NCBI GenBank assembly: GCA_965153285.1
Contig: OZ229115.1
Direction: 5' to 3' (one strand)
From: Podarcis tiliguerta
Taxonomy: Eukaryota
DNA length: 64,000 bases
Part shown: positions 36,607 to 47,522 of the stretch, piece after piece
Position numbering within the stretch: the stretch's first letter is position 1
Layout: each line of letters starts with the position of its first letter
The notes under the pieces: generated by a model
The model's database searches: none
What the model saw: only the letters and a program-made list of their open reading frames with translations
Told to the model about the DNA's origin: nothing
Position numbers and translations under genes: made by a program

Positions 36607-36995
36607 TTACTGAGACAGGGAAATTCTTCAGACTGACTCTTCTAGTTGCTTTTCATTGCTATCGGCCAGCTTCTTGAAATGATTTAAAATTAGCTTATCC
36701 CCCTGGGTGGTGGATGCAATTTCTTCCACTTTGGTCTCACCTATAAATCTGGAGAGCAGTTCTCTGCTGCATTACTTCAGCGTTGACAGCTTTGTAGTCC
36801 AGGGTTTGGACTCCAGTGCTACACCAAGCTCTCTTATTATTTCACCTGGGTAATGTTCTCTGTCCTTCTTCTAAAATTGCCAGTCTACCCATACGTTCCT
36901 CATCTTTTGATTTCCTCCTCTCCCTGGCACTCTGCCCCCCTCGGGTTGCTGAAGGGGTGGTGGTGTAATATGGAAATGAGTTACTCTTAATGCAA

Positions 36996-37030
36996 CAGTA
37001 CCCCCTACTGGCCACGCGGGGAGTACCGCC
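36996..37030 (-). promoter_or_regulatory. Putative CTCF site at the 5' edge of the CpG island
   Basis: Minus strand TGGCCAGTAGGGGGTACTG fits the CTCF core consensus; upstream 'GGCGGTACT' resembles the auxiliary motif. Confidence 0.55.
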
Positions 37031-38614
37031 GTTCCAATACACGGTAATCCATCCAGTATATTCGAATCAAGTTGCTGTGTGAAATTAGTGCCGTCGGCGG
37101 GGGGTCTTTTTGAGAAGGGAAAAAAAAAAGGATGGTGGGGAGGTGGGGATGGAGAGGCACTGTAGAGCGACGGTATGAGGCAGGATTATTAACAGCGCCA
37201 TTAAAATAGCCGAGGAAGCTGCGCTCGTTAAATCGGAAGCGCTTTGACTGAAACGCACGCAGAGACCCCCACAGAGGAGCGCAAAAAAAGGCGTCCTTTG
37301 AAAGTTAAGAGATGCCATCAGAAACTCATCTCCCGCCGTGCCGCCGATGAAGCCGGGAATGGGGTGGGGAGAACTAGGGGGCTCTTCGGCGGCCTTTCTC
37401 CCACCCTCTTTCTCTCTGTAAACCCAAGATCGGGCGGCAGATGCGTCGCCACAGAGGTTCGCATTTGCGCGCTAGCTAGGTGACTGGATGGAGAGGTGCC
37501 GAGCGAGGCGTCCTCGACCACCCCGTGCACCCTTTACTTTCCGGAAAGCCGAGCAGGTCGTGGGCCACCTCGCCTTGCCTCTGCGCGGCTGCTTCGCGGG
37601 CGCGCGCGCGTGTGTTGTGTTGTGTTGCGAAACCTTGCGAGCGCGTGATGCCTCGGTCCCCGTGTGCGCCTGCTGAGCGTAGGTATTTAGCAGCCAACTC
37701 TATCCGAAGTTAAGTGAATAATGACGAAAATTACTATTTTCAACTGGAAATGTCTGTAAGCGCTTTAGAAGATTTGATCTAATAATGGCCTCCCTGGAAA
37801 CCTTGCATTTTGGTGACTTTCATGCTCCTAGCAGGGGGGCTCATCTTCTCTTCTCTCTCCTTAGCGCGGCTTAACCGCAATCCTTATTATGCTCTGGCTG
37901 AGCACGAAAGGGGTGTGTGTGTCGGCGTGCGCGCGCGCGCGCCAGCGGGAAGGTTGCTCCCCCCCCCCCCCCCTTCATCGCTTTCCCTTCGCTCGACGTT
38001 TCCCCTTCTTCGCCACCACGAGAATCACCAGGCGGCTCTTCAAAGGAAACCCACCTCAGCTGCGCTCGCAGTTGCTTGTTGTCGCTGCTGTTCCGTTACA
38101 AAAGCAGTCGAGAGAGGCTCTTGGCACCGAGGTGGCACACAACGCAAACACGCTGGGTGGGGAAGCAACACCCGGGCACTCTTCCATTGATTTCGCTTTT
38201 GCGAGTGCTCCAACTCCTCTGCCTCCTTGCAGGAGTCCTTTCTTCGGCGTCGAGTTCCCGTGCAGAAGCATCATCTGCTTAATTACATTGATCTCCCCCT
38301 CCCTCCCTCCCGGATCGCCTTGTGCCAAAACAAGACGGGATGCATTATTGGGGTTTTTGCAGTTGCTGAGGTCAAGGCAAGTGACGGGAGCGAGTGCGTG
38401 GCATCCGCCCTCCCCTACTCTGAGCGAGAGACGGCGAGCGAGAAAAGGCAAGCGTTAGGACTCGGGGGAAATCTCTCTCTCTCTGCCCCCTCTTCCTCCT
38501 CCTCCTTCCCCCTTCGCTTCTTCAATCAGCTTGTGCTACTCATCAGATCAGGGATAGCTGAGGCTTCAGCTGTGTGCGCCAGAGAGCCGCTCTCCCAACT
38601 CCTCGGTCTTTCCA

Positions 38615-38695
38615 ATGCAAGGGATGTTTGCAAGGCGCGCGGAGAACCACCGGCTGTGCTGCTGCTCCCGCTACCACCCTGGGCAGGGGATGTGA
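38615..38695 (+). other. Upstream ORF MQGMFARRAENHRLCCCSRYHPGQGM* in the putative 5' UTR
   Basis: In-frame ATGs at 38615, 38624 and 38690; TGA 38693-38695, 13 nt before the main ATG. Confidence 0.5.
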
Positions 38696-38708
38696 ACTCC
38701 CTTAAAGA

Positions 38709-38778
38709 ATGACTAGGATTGCCACGATTGCCATTCTTTTGCAGCTGTTGCAAAAAACCGGGGGACAGGTCTTCGCAG
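38709..38778 (+). CDS. First coding exon: signal peptide of a secreted or membrane protein; tentatively a type IIB receptor tyrosine phosphatase (best guess PTPRT)
   Basis: ATG with A at -3 and an in-frame TAA two codons upstream; encodes MTRIATIAILLQLLQKTGGQVFA+G (basic N-terminus, hydrophobic core, small residues); CAG|GTAAG phase-1 donor at 38778/38779; no second exon recognised in the next 25 kb. Identity is inferred from remembered similarity to PTPRT/M/K/U exon 1. Confidence 0.7.
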
Positions 38779-39236
38779 GTAAGGGGCGTTGGGCTCTCGT
38801 CGCGTGCCTCTGTGCAGCGGGAGGAGGTGGGTGTCTTGAACTCCGAGCAGCGCTCCTCAAGACGACCGTGGGTTGCGCTGCGTCGCGTCCTACCTTTCCT
38901 TCCGGGTGTGTAGCTGCGAGTGTGAAAGGCTAGGTCAGATGGCCATTCCTTGCACGTTGGAAGCTGGACTCCTGGCCCCGTTTACTTGGGAGTCCGCTCC
39001 ATTGAACTCAGTGGGACTTGCTTCTGAGTCAACCTGTATAAGTTTTTTAAATATATATATATAAATGCATTGTATTGGCTGGCTGTCTAGGCTTGTGGGA
39101 GATTGACTTCGCATGATGGGTGTTCAGAGCTTATCTGGCAAGCTCTAGGTAGAAGCTGAGCTATAGGGAATATAGGCGTTTTGCGTTTTCCTTGCCCATC
39201 TTGTTACACACGCGCAGCCATAAAACGCCAATCAGG

Positions 39237-39322
39237 AGGCAGCCTCGAGCTTATTTACCCGGGAGTAAGTCCCATTGAACTCAAGGAAGCTTGTTTCTGT
39301 GTAGACATGCATAGTATTGCAC
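39237..39322. mobile_element. ~90-bp palindromic MITE (PIF/Harbinger-like); related copies ~12155-12237, 31600-31680, 38960-39040, 48015-48102
   Basis: Shared core 'gagtaag(t/c)cccattgaactc...cttctgag...taggattgc'; best copy at 42043-42132. Confidence 0.55.
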
Positions 39323-42042
39323 TTTCTTCAAGTGTGGTGAAGACAGCTGAGGAACGTGGCTTCCACAGGCAACTGAAAATAGGGAAGCAGGTTAGAGTAT
39401 TGTTGGCTTTCAGTATCAGAAATGGAACTTTCAAATAAACTCTGTGTTGTGTTTGGCTTCATGGGAATTTTTTGTTGGGGGGGGCACCATTAGACATGTT
39501 TTTATATTTTAGGGAGCCTGTTTTTTTTTGTTTTTTTTAATGTTGTGCCTTGTGTGATATTTGAAGGCACTCCTTCCTTTGCGGAGTCAAGGCTCTCCAG
39601 TCCTTTTTATAGTAAACAGTTGGTCTCCCATCAAAGGAGGAGGAGGAGTGCCAAGTGTTTCAGAAATGTGCCACATCAGGTTAAGGAGTCCGGCTGTACC
39701 TTTAAATCACAACTTGGGAATGTTTTAATTGAAAGTTCATTGGGTAACTCCTCCACCCTTTTCCCCACCAACCCCTGGGATCTAAAGGGCTGGAATAACT
39801 TTCTTTGGATGGCTGACAAGTCTGATTTGTTCTTTGACACTTGTCCCATCGCTGTCATTTTAATCTTGAGAGAGGTTGTGTCTTGGAGCATACACAGCCC
39901 TTTGGAATCTCATTCCCTTCATTCTTCAGTTGGAATTTCCTTGTGAGAGATGATTCCTCACATGGTTTCTTTATCCTGCTGTAAATTTCTCCCCCTCCCG
40001 CCGCCGTGTAGATTCCTCACATGCTTTCTTTGTCCTACTGTGGACTTTCTTTTATTTTTAAAAGTCTGTCTCAAAAGTAAATAATAATTACCTATATTTA
40101 AGAAAATGTCCATCTCACCTACCCAGTTATTGAAAATTATTATTTTAAATACCTACAATCCATTTATGGAGACAACAGCTGTAAGGCATGGCTACTTGGG
40201 TATTAGAAGTATTGAGGCTCGACTCCAGCAACCTTCAGGCTTGAGCGCAATTCAGCAGAATGGTCTTTTGGGCTAAGAAGATGCTGAAAGATCAAAGAAC
40301 TCTTGGCTGCTCTGTGAAATATACTCCTATTGGCAGAGCATGCAAATAGGGAGATCACTGTTCAGAAGCCTGCAAAAAAATCTCTCCTTGAAGGCTTCTA
40401 CTGAAAATGTTAAACTTAACTTTAAAAAAGGAGAGAATCATAAGAATGGAAGTGACCCTATTAAGCTCTGCAAAAGGCAGAGTGATCTGCATAACGGGGA
40501 ACAGAAAGTAGCTGACTGAGTTACTGTATTCTGGACTTTCCTGGTCTGGTGTTGCTCAGATGTTTTGGACCACAACTCCCATCACCCCTGACCATTGTCC
40601 ACACTAGCTGGGGCTGGTGGGAGATGTAGTCCAAAAGTTTATCAGATTGGGAGGGCTGCTATATCATTGTGGGAAAAGGAATAAAAAACTGACAAATTCA
40701 CCATTGTGACACTCCTCCCACAAGAAGGGAGTTCGCTCAAATATCATTTCCACTGTTTGTGGCTGCTGAACAGAGGACTTCTGAGATGTGTAAATTTCAA
40801 GACAAGTTAAGTTTAGACTAACATCCTGTCAACATATTGACATGGAAATAATCCCCCATTTTCAGTAGACTTGCTTCTTCCTCTTTTAGGATTGTTACAT
40901 GAATTATCAACTTATGCTTGGATCTTTACCATGTTGGATTCTGTAGAACTTGTTTCTTGCTTGCATCGTCAAAAAGCGGTGATCGTATGAGCATTTGTTC
41001 TGCACTAAGTTCCACTTGACTCAGCAGAACTTGCATAATATTTGTGTGTTGCCCGTTACCATTATTGGTAACACAGCTTGCCAATGGCAGATCCCCTACC
41101 TGGAGGGGCAGCCTGGAAGGGGGGGGGGAGAAGAATCTGTCAGATGGGGTAAGGGGGTAGATTGAGAGTTCATTATCAAACAGTAGCACTGTGGTCCTTT
41201 AATCTGAGTTTTGGTTCCACTGTCCAAACTTTTATAAAGCGGAGGTGGAGACAGAAATGGGAGATGGCGAACAAATGTAATTATAAAACTTAAAAGTGAA
41301 TTGGGCCCCACAGATTATCCAACGGGTTAGAAGCTTCCATTATCACTGTTTGTTAAGGAAGAAAGCTAGTGTTTGCTTTCTGTGATTGTGAATGCCACCT
41401 TTCACCCCCTCCTTCAGTTGCCTGCTATGCTGCTGAAAAAGATAAAAGAATCTTATTTATAGAAATAAACATGACTTGGTGAGCCACTTCTGCAAATGAG
41501 GTTATGGGAAGCGCTGCCTGTTTTATTTTTAAGATTACACTTAACCACCGAAGACTTAATGCCCTGTAACCAATTTGCACAGCTAATACTCTGATAATGA
41601 AAGCAAAGATGAAATAAACGTTCACGAACGCCTCACCTCTCTGATGGATTTTCATGCCTAACCACATGAAAGCTTCCATCTGTTGCAGCCAGTGTATTTT
41701 CCCCGTTGTCCATCAGATGGTGCTGCCTTCATAACTATTAGATGCAATTATAGACTTGTCCACACAGGCTTTCCCATTGAGCTATGCTTTCAGTGCCTTT
41801 CCGTCTTCTGTCAAAACTTCCAGGGTGTCCAGTTCTCTGAAGCTGGCTGTTGGAGTTTTGTTACTTGTTTGCAAAAAAAAAATTGGATCGCAGAATGTGT
41901 GATCAAGATTGAAAAACCCAAAACTGAAGTGATATCTTGGTACTGCTTACATCTCCATGTTCCATAGAAGCCAGCAGAGCTGAGGCAAATGCTAATTACA
42001 GTCTTGTTTCTTGTGAAATTCTTCACCATCAACTAGTACTTA

Positions 42043-42132
42043 GGCTGCAGTCCTAACCCCACTTACCTGGAAGTAAGCCCCACCAAATTCAATAGGACAT
42101 ACTTCTGAGTTGACATGGTTAGGATTGCACTC
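42043..42132. mobile_element. ~90-bp PIF/Harbinger-like MITE
   Basis: Imperfect TIR GGCTGCAGTCCTAACC / GGTTAGGATTGCACTC flanked on both sides by TTA (3-bp TSD). Confidence 0.7.
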
Positions 42133-42143
42133 TTAGAGCAGTA

Positions 42144-42385
42144 CAGTGGTACCTCGGGTTAAGTACTTAATTCATTCCGGAGGTACGTTCTTAACCTGAA
42201 ACTGTTCTTAACCTGAAGCACCACTTTAGCTAATGGGGCCTCCTGCTGCCGCTGTGCCACCGGAGCACGATTTCTGTTCTTATCCTGAAGCAAAGTTCTT
42301 AACCCGAGGTACTATTTCTGGGTTAGCGGAGTCTGTAACCTGAAGTGTATGTAACCTGAAGCATATGTAACCTGAGGTACCACTG
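42144..42385. mobile_element. Tc1/mariner (pogo/Tigger-like) MITE
   Basis: TIR CAGTGGTACCTC.GGTTA with TA TSD on both sides; reverse complement of 29869-30089. Confidence 0.9.
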
Positions 42386-43709
42386 TAGTTTTAAAACTTT
42401 GCTGCTACAGAGAACACATTCCACACACATTTATCTGCTGATGAACTGTTGTCTTCTGTGGACATTTTTAGGGAGGCAATGACAGCTTGTGCAGAGAATA
42501 TGTGTGAACTGAAAGTACCTTCTAGAGGCACTTCTGAAAACCTCCACAGCTGCATATTGCATGGGGAAGATTGGTAGTGATGAACAGAGTGGGAATCTTC
42601 TCCATCATTACTGATTTTGTCACTGAGAAGCCCTTGGTAAGCTTGAATAAGAACAATCCAGCAATTTTTTTTTCATACTTTTGGAAAGACCACAAGTGGG
42701 ACATGAAACCCGTAGCTTTCACCTGCTGTATTTGCCTCCAGTATTCTGTGGCCTGCTGCTTCTGCACATAAGAGATCCCATTTAGATCTCTCAGTGGCTA
42801 TTAGCATTGATAGCTACCCTTCATGAATGTGTCTATTCATCTTACAAAACCATCTAAGCCAATAGCCATTACCACGTCTTGTGGCAGTGAATCCTACAAA
42901 TTACGCATTGTGCGAAGGGCTTTGTTCTGCTGGTCCTGAATCTATAGCCAATCAATGTCTTTATGTGAGTTCTAGGATGACGGGCTTTCCAAAGTTTGGA
43001 AAGCTGCGTCTTAGCACTTCACATTTTGGGTGGAAACAAATGACTGTTTGCCAAATGGGAATGTGTCACAATTAGGATGCAACTGACAGCAAGCCAGGAC
43101 AGTTTCCCCACACATCGGTGGAAGTTCTCACTTTGCTGTAAAGTGATCACTTCTCACATAGTTCTGTGTACCAATTGTTAAACAATCATCTGTACTCATC
43201 TACTGTTAGAAGTTCCTTGCCAGACTGCTGCTGATATTTCCTAACATGCATACCACTTGTGGCGAACAATCAGTGTTTTCTCTGCAATTGCTTGCTGGAG
43301 CAAATGTGCTTCTGCACTTAAAAAAAACAGCAAAAAGCATGTAGCTCTTCCCTTAGGACTTTCAGATTTGTTCCATGGGTTTTCTTTGCAGGTTAGAATA
43401 GTAGAATGTTTCTTGTACTCTTTACATTGGAGTAGTCCATTAGCTTCATAGTTGACATCTGTGGGGAGTGAAACACAGTATGTTTCATAAGTTCCCCTCA
43501 GACAGCAGTATTCCATTTCAGCATATATTAAATCTAACCACTGGCAGAATTCTTATTGGCACATGCAGTTTGCTTGAACTTCACCAGTAAAGAATGGAGG
43601 GGAGTCTCCCATGCTGTTGTTTACAATTGATACTGCTTTGGACTTACATATGAATATGTTCTATGGAAGATCCCTGAATTAAGCAATCCGTAGCATTGGA
43701 TAACCACTA

Positions 43710-44252
43710 AGGGCATTGAAAATGGGTCGAGGATGGGTATTGCAGCATACCAATGACCCAAAACACATGGCCAAGGCAACAAAGGAGTGGCTCAAGAAGA
43801 AGCACATTAAGGTCCTGGAGTGGCCTAGCCAGTCTCCAGACATTAATCCCATCGGAAATCTGTGGAGGGAGCTGAAGGTTTGAGTAGCTACACACCAGCC
43901 TCGAAATCTTACTGACTTGGAGAGGATCTGCAAAGAGGAATGGGACAAAATACCTCCTGAGATGTGTGCAAATCTGGTGGCCACCTAAAAAAACCCTCTG
44001 TAATTGCCAGCAAGGGTTTTGCCACCAAGTACTAAGTCATCTTTTGCAAAGGGATCAAATACTTATTTCACTCATTATAATGCACGTCAATCTCTGACTT
44101 TTGTCTTCTGGGTTTCTGGGGGTTTTCCTGTTGTTATTCTGTCTCTCACAGCTACAATAAACCTACCATTAAAATTATGGACTGGTCATTTCTTCGTCAG
44201 AAGGCAAACGGGCAAATTTAGCAGGGGATCAAATACTCCCCCCCCCTCAATG
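43710..44252 (+). mobile_element. Tc1-family transposon 3' half: inactivated transposase C-terminus plus right IR/DR terminal repeat
   Basis: Translation '[57 protein letters not shown]...[15 protein letters not shown]'; direct repeats 'gggatcaaatact' at ~44051 and ~44225; ends '...caatg' followed by TA. Confidence 0.9.
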
Positions 44253-45782
44253 TATATGTAAAACCATTCAATCTTCTAGCTACCTAACGGGTACTTACTT
44301 GGTGCCCAGCCCATCAAGTCATTTTCCTGATTTTTAAGATAGCTTCCAAAAAGCGTTGCTAGACTTTTGCCTCTTGGGGATTTTATTGTTTTATCTGAAT
44401 AGCAGTTTTTAGTTTCACTGTATGTTGATATATTACCATGTGTGTGTGTGTGTGTAGTCATATACACAAATTTTTGAAAACCACTTAGAAACCACTTAGA
44501 AACTTAGAAAACACATTATTTTTTGCCTCTTAGAAAACGTATTTTTAATATGAAAAAATATGAAATTCTATAGGTATGAATTAAATAAATAAATGCAACC
44601 CGGTGCCTTGTTATCATCCAGAATGCAAGAGCGTCTGGGGGGAACTTTGTATGCCTCGAGGTTTGTTTTGCCCTTTTCTCTGACCTTTGCTTTACATTAC
44701 AAATTTTAGCTGTAGCAGAGGCGTCATTTTCCTTCCAAATGTGTAGAATGATATGAACGCTTGGAATATTATCAGATGGACCATTGCGAAGAAAAATACC
44801 ACATCATTGTATGAGGCAGCAGTTAAGGGCATTTTTGGTGGTAGAGGCAATGGAAGTTGGAAGTGGGTGGGGGCAGAAATGCAGAGAGATTTGGGAGTAC
44901 AGTTAATTCACATTAATAGCCCCCTCTTTGGTATGTTGGTCCTGTGCAAATGTAAGATGCTGAACGTGGCAACTGTTAACAATATAGCAATTTAACTCCA
45001 AAATCACTTTCCCTTTCCTCTTGGGAACTCTTAGCTGTTCAGTCCAATGTTGTTTTCCTCTTGGCTGGCTTGATTTGTTTTTGCATAAAAGAACAATTAA
45101 TGCTAAAAAGGCACTTGGAAAATAACAGCAGGAACTGGGTCTTTGCGTGTAAAAAGGCAAATGGTTACTGTACCTCCAATTTTGCAACTGTTTAGCCTTC
45201 TCTCTACACACTGTTTTGTCTTGTGTTCGTTTGAGGTAGCCCTAGAGCCTGCCACCCCATAAATGGTGTTTGGAACAATGTGTGTGTATTAGGCAATTAT
45301 TATTGAATACTGAAGTATCCTTTCTTTAAAATAAGGGATCACTGTTAGTTGCCATGGAAACTACTGTGCTGTCCAAAAAGGTAGATCTTAGTTTTGTGGA
45401 GCAGAGATTGGAGCAAAGGTTATTTCTTCTGGCAACTACTATTTATGATGTGTATTAAAACCTTTTGCAGCTAATAGACAAAATAAGATAAATTGATTTT
45501 GAGTATTTGTGGCTTTGAACGCTCCCTTAGTTCATGGATAGTTCATAGTCCTTGCCTTTAGCTTTTTAAATGTCTTACTTAGCTACCCCTCTACAAACAA
45601 CTTACTTCTAGAGAAGCTGCGCTGAAGTCCAGAGGGTTACAGCAGAGAAAGAGTAAAAAAAATTTGCTGTTGTTAAGCACATCCGCGGAAGAATGCAGTA
45701 TCTGTTTCCCTTACTCTTGTGAGGACAGCAGGTCACCTTTGAATGAATGGTGCTAAGCTTGGCAAGTGCCCACATCTGGCCA

Positions 45783-45975
45783 GGAACAGGCTGTAGCTCA
45801 GTGGTAGATCATCTGCTTTGAATGTCAAGGTCCCAGCTTCATTCCCTATCTCTTCAGGTAGGACTGGGCGAGACCCCCTGTTTGAGATCCTGGAGAGTTA
45901 ACTGCCAAGAATTGTAGGCAGTGCTAAGCTAGATGAACCTGGGATCTGATTCAGTGTAAGGTAGCTCCCCATGTC
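45783..45975 (+). mobile_element. Squam2-type SINE
   Basis: 'ggctgtagctcagtggtagatcatctgc' head; 'gctagatgaacct...gattcagtgtaaggtagctcccc' tail. Confidence 0.75.
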
Positions 45976-46097
45976 CCCATGTCCTTGGCCTAGGCCATGG
46001 TTCATTCAAGGCAAGTTCTTCCAGCTGAGCCGTTTGCCCCCAAAGCAGATGATGCCTCTGAGCAGACAGAAGCTGTGGTAGGTATGCTTAGACTGAA

Positions 46098-46693
46098 GTC
46101 CCGAGGGCCTTCTAGTGGATCCCTCACTGTGGGAAGTGACGTTACAGGGAACCAGGCAGAGGGCCTTCTTGGCAGTGGTGCTCTCCCTGTGGAATGCCCT
46201 CTCCCTGTGGTATTTATACCCTGCCCATCTGGCTGAGTTTCCCCAGCCACTCTGGGCGGCTCCCAATCAAGTGTTAAACACAATAGAGCATTAAATATTA
46301 AAAACTTCCCCAAACAGGGCTGCCTTCAGATGTCTTTTAAAGATAGGATAGCTGCTTATTTCCTTCACATTTGAAGGGAGGGTGTTCCATAGGGTGGGTG
46401 CCACTACCAAGAAGGCCCTCTGTCTGGTTCCCTGTAACCTCACTTCTCGCAATGAGGGAACCGCCAGAAGGCCCTCGGTGCTGGACCTCAGTGTCTGGGC
46501 TGAACGATGGGGGTGCAGACGCTCCTTCAGGTATACTGGACCGAGGCCGTTTAGGGCTTTAAAGGTCAGCACAAAGACTTTGAATTGTGCTCGGAAATGT
46601 ACAGTATAGGCAGCCCTATATTGGGAAGTTTTAAATGTGTGGTGTTTTATTTAGGAGTTTTTACGAGTGTTGGAAGCCGCCCAATAAAAATAA
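46098..46693 (+). mobile_element. L2 3' end split by an antisense L2 copy (46098-46205 + 46608-46693)
   Basis: 'gagggccttct...acagggaaccaggcagagggccttc...ctgtggaatgccct' resumes as 'aggcagccct...ggaagtttt...ttggaagccgcccaataaa'. Confidence 0.65.
46211..46604 (-). mobile_element. L2 LINE 3' fragment
   Basis: Minus translation 'LTFKALNGLGPVYLKERL...RAFLVVAPTLWNTLP...FKRHLKAALF' is the L2 ORF2 C-terminus; stem-loop tail 'ctggggaaactcagccagatgggcagggtataaat'. Confidence 0.9.
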
Positions 46694-47477
46694 GTGATGG
46701 AGACTGCAACAGCTATTCCTATCATCTTTTCTTCTTTGGTCCTCTCTCCTTCCACACCAACTTGTGGAATATCTGTAGCCCTGTTTGATCACACATGTGG
46801 GAAGGGAAGGGAAACCTCTCCTTGGAGGTGAGAACCCCATGGCTTGATTCAGTGCTGGGAGCTAAAGGAATTCCTGGTCACAGCCCTGCCAACAACTACC
46901 TGCGTGACAAAGATGGAAGCAAAATGCTTGGTTCTTTGGTCTCTGACCTTAAGAATGGTTTGCCATCTGGATAAGGTGGGACAAACTTTTTTGACGGCTT
47001 ATTATGATACCACTTAAATAGTTACGTATTAATGTATACTGCTTATTATATTGCCTGATGGAGTTTTTTGGTTTATTTTAATAGAACAGACTGGCCGCCT
47101 TCTTTGCATCGTGTGCAGTCTTATTATATGCACTTTCCCTTTGTTCGACTCTTTTAATAAACTCCCACTTCTCATCATGTGGCGTCATTTAGTGTGTGGA
47201 ACTTCCTCCTCCCACTGGCCATTTTAATAAAGGTTATGCCTTTTCCCTTTGGATAACCTTCTCCTTGCGGATGGACTCTGCTTTTGCCGTTGTGGGAAGG
47301 TCATACCCATTAAGACACAGCCATGCTGTTTCTAAATGAACAACACTCTGCATATAAACGATGACTTTCTCATGAGTCAGAGCTCTGTAGTCTGGCCCTG
47401 TGGGGTGCTGTAACAGCCTAAGCTCCCGCTGCAACTTGCTATTACAGCAGCCAAGGATCATATTTCCTTTATGGGGG

Positions 47478-47479
<2 letters not shown>

Positions 47480-47518
<39 letters not shown>
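47480..47518. repeat. (GA)n microsatellite
   Basis: Seen directly. Confidence 0.95.

Positions 47519-47522
<4 letters not shown>

Larger units (their letters stand above)
37010..38960. promoter_or_regulatory. CpG island: promoter and 5' UTR of a + strand gene
   Basis: Abrupt rise in GC and CpG in otherwise CpG-depleted DNA; no recognisable transposons; (CG)n/(TG)n tracts; contains an ATG and a strong splice donor. Confidence 0.85.

Noticed and set aside
37810-38753. Long overlapping ORFs (121-189 aa) on both strands in the CpG island
   Set aside because: GC-rich DNA has few stops; there are no recognisable domains, and the + strand ORFs checked start at TTG/GTG; better explained as promoter and 5' UTR.
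44478-44512. Short tandem duplication 'gaaaccactta' (similar case 'tgatgttgtatttt' at ~54525)
   Set aside because: Typical local slippage with no further structure.
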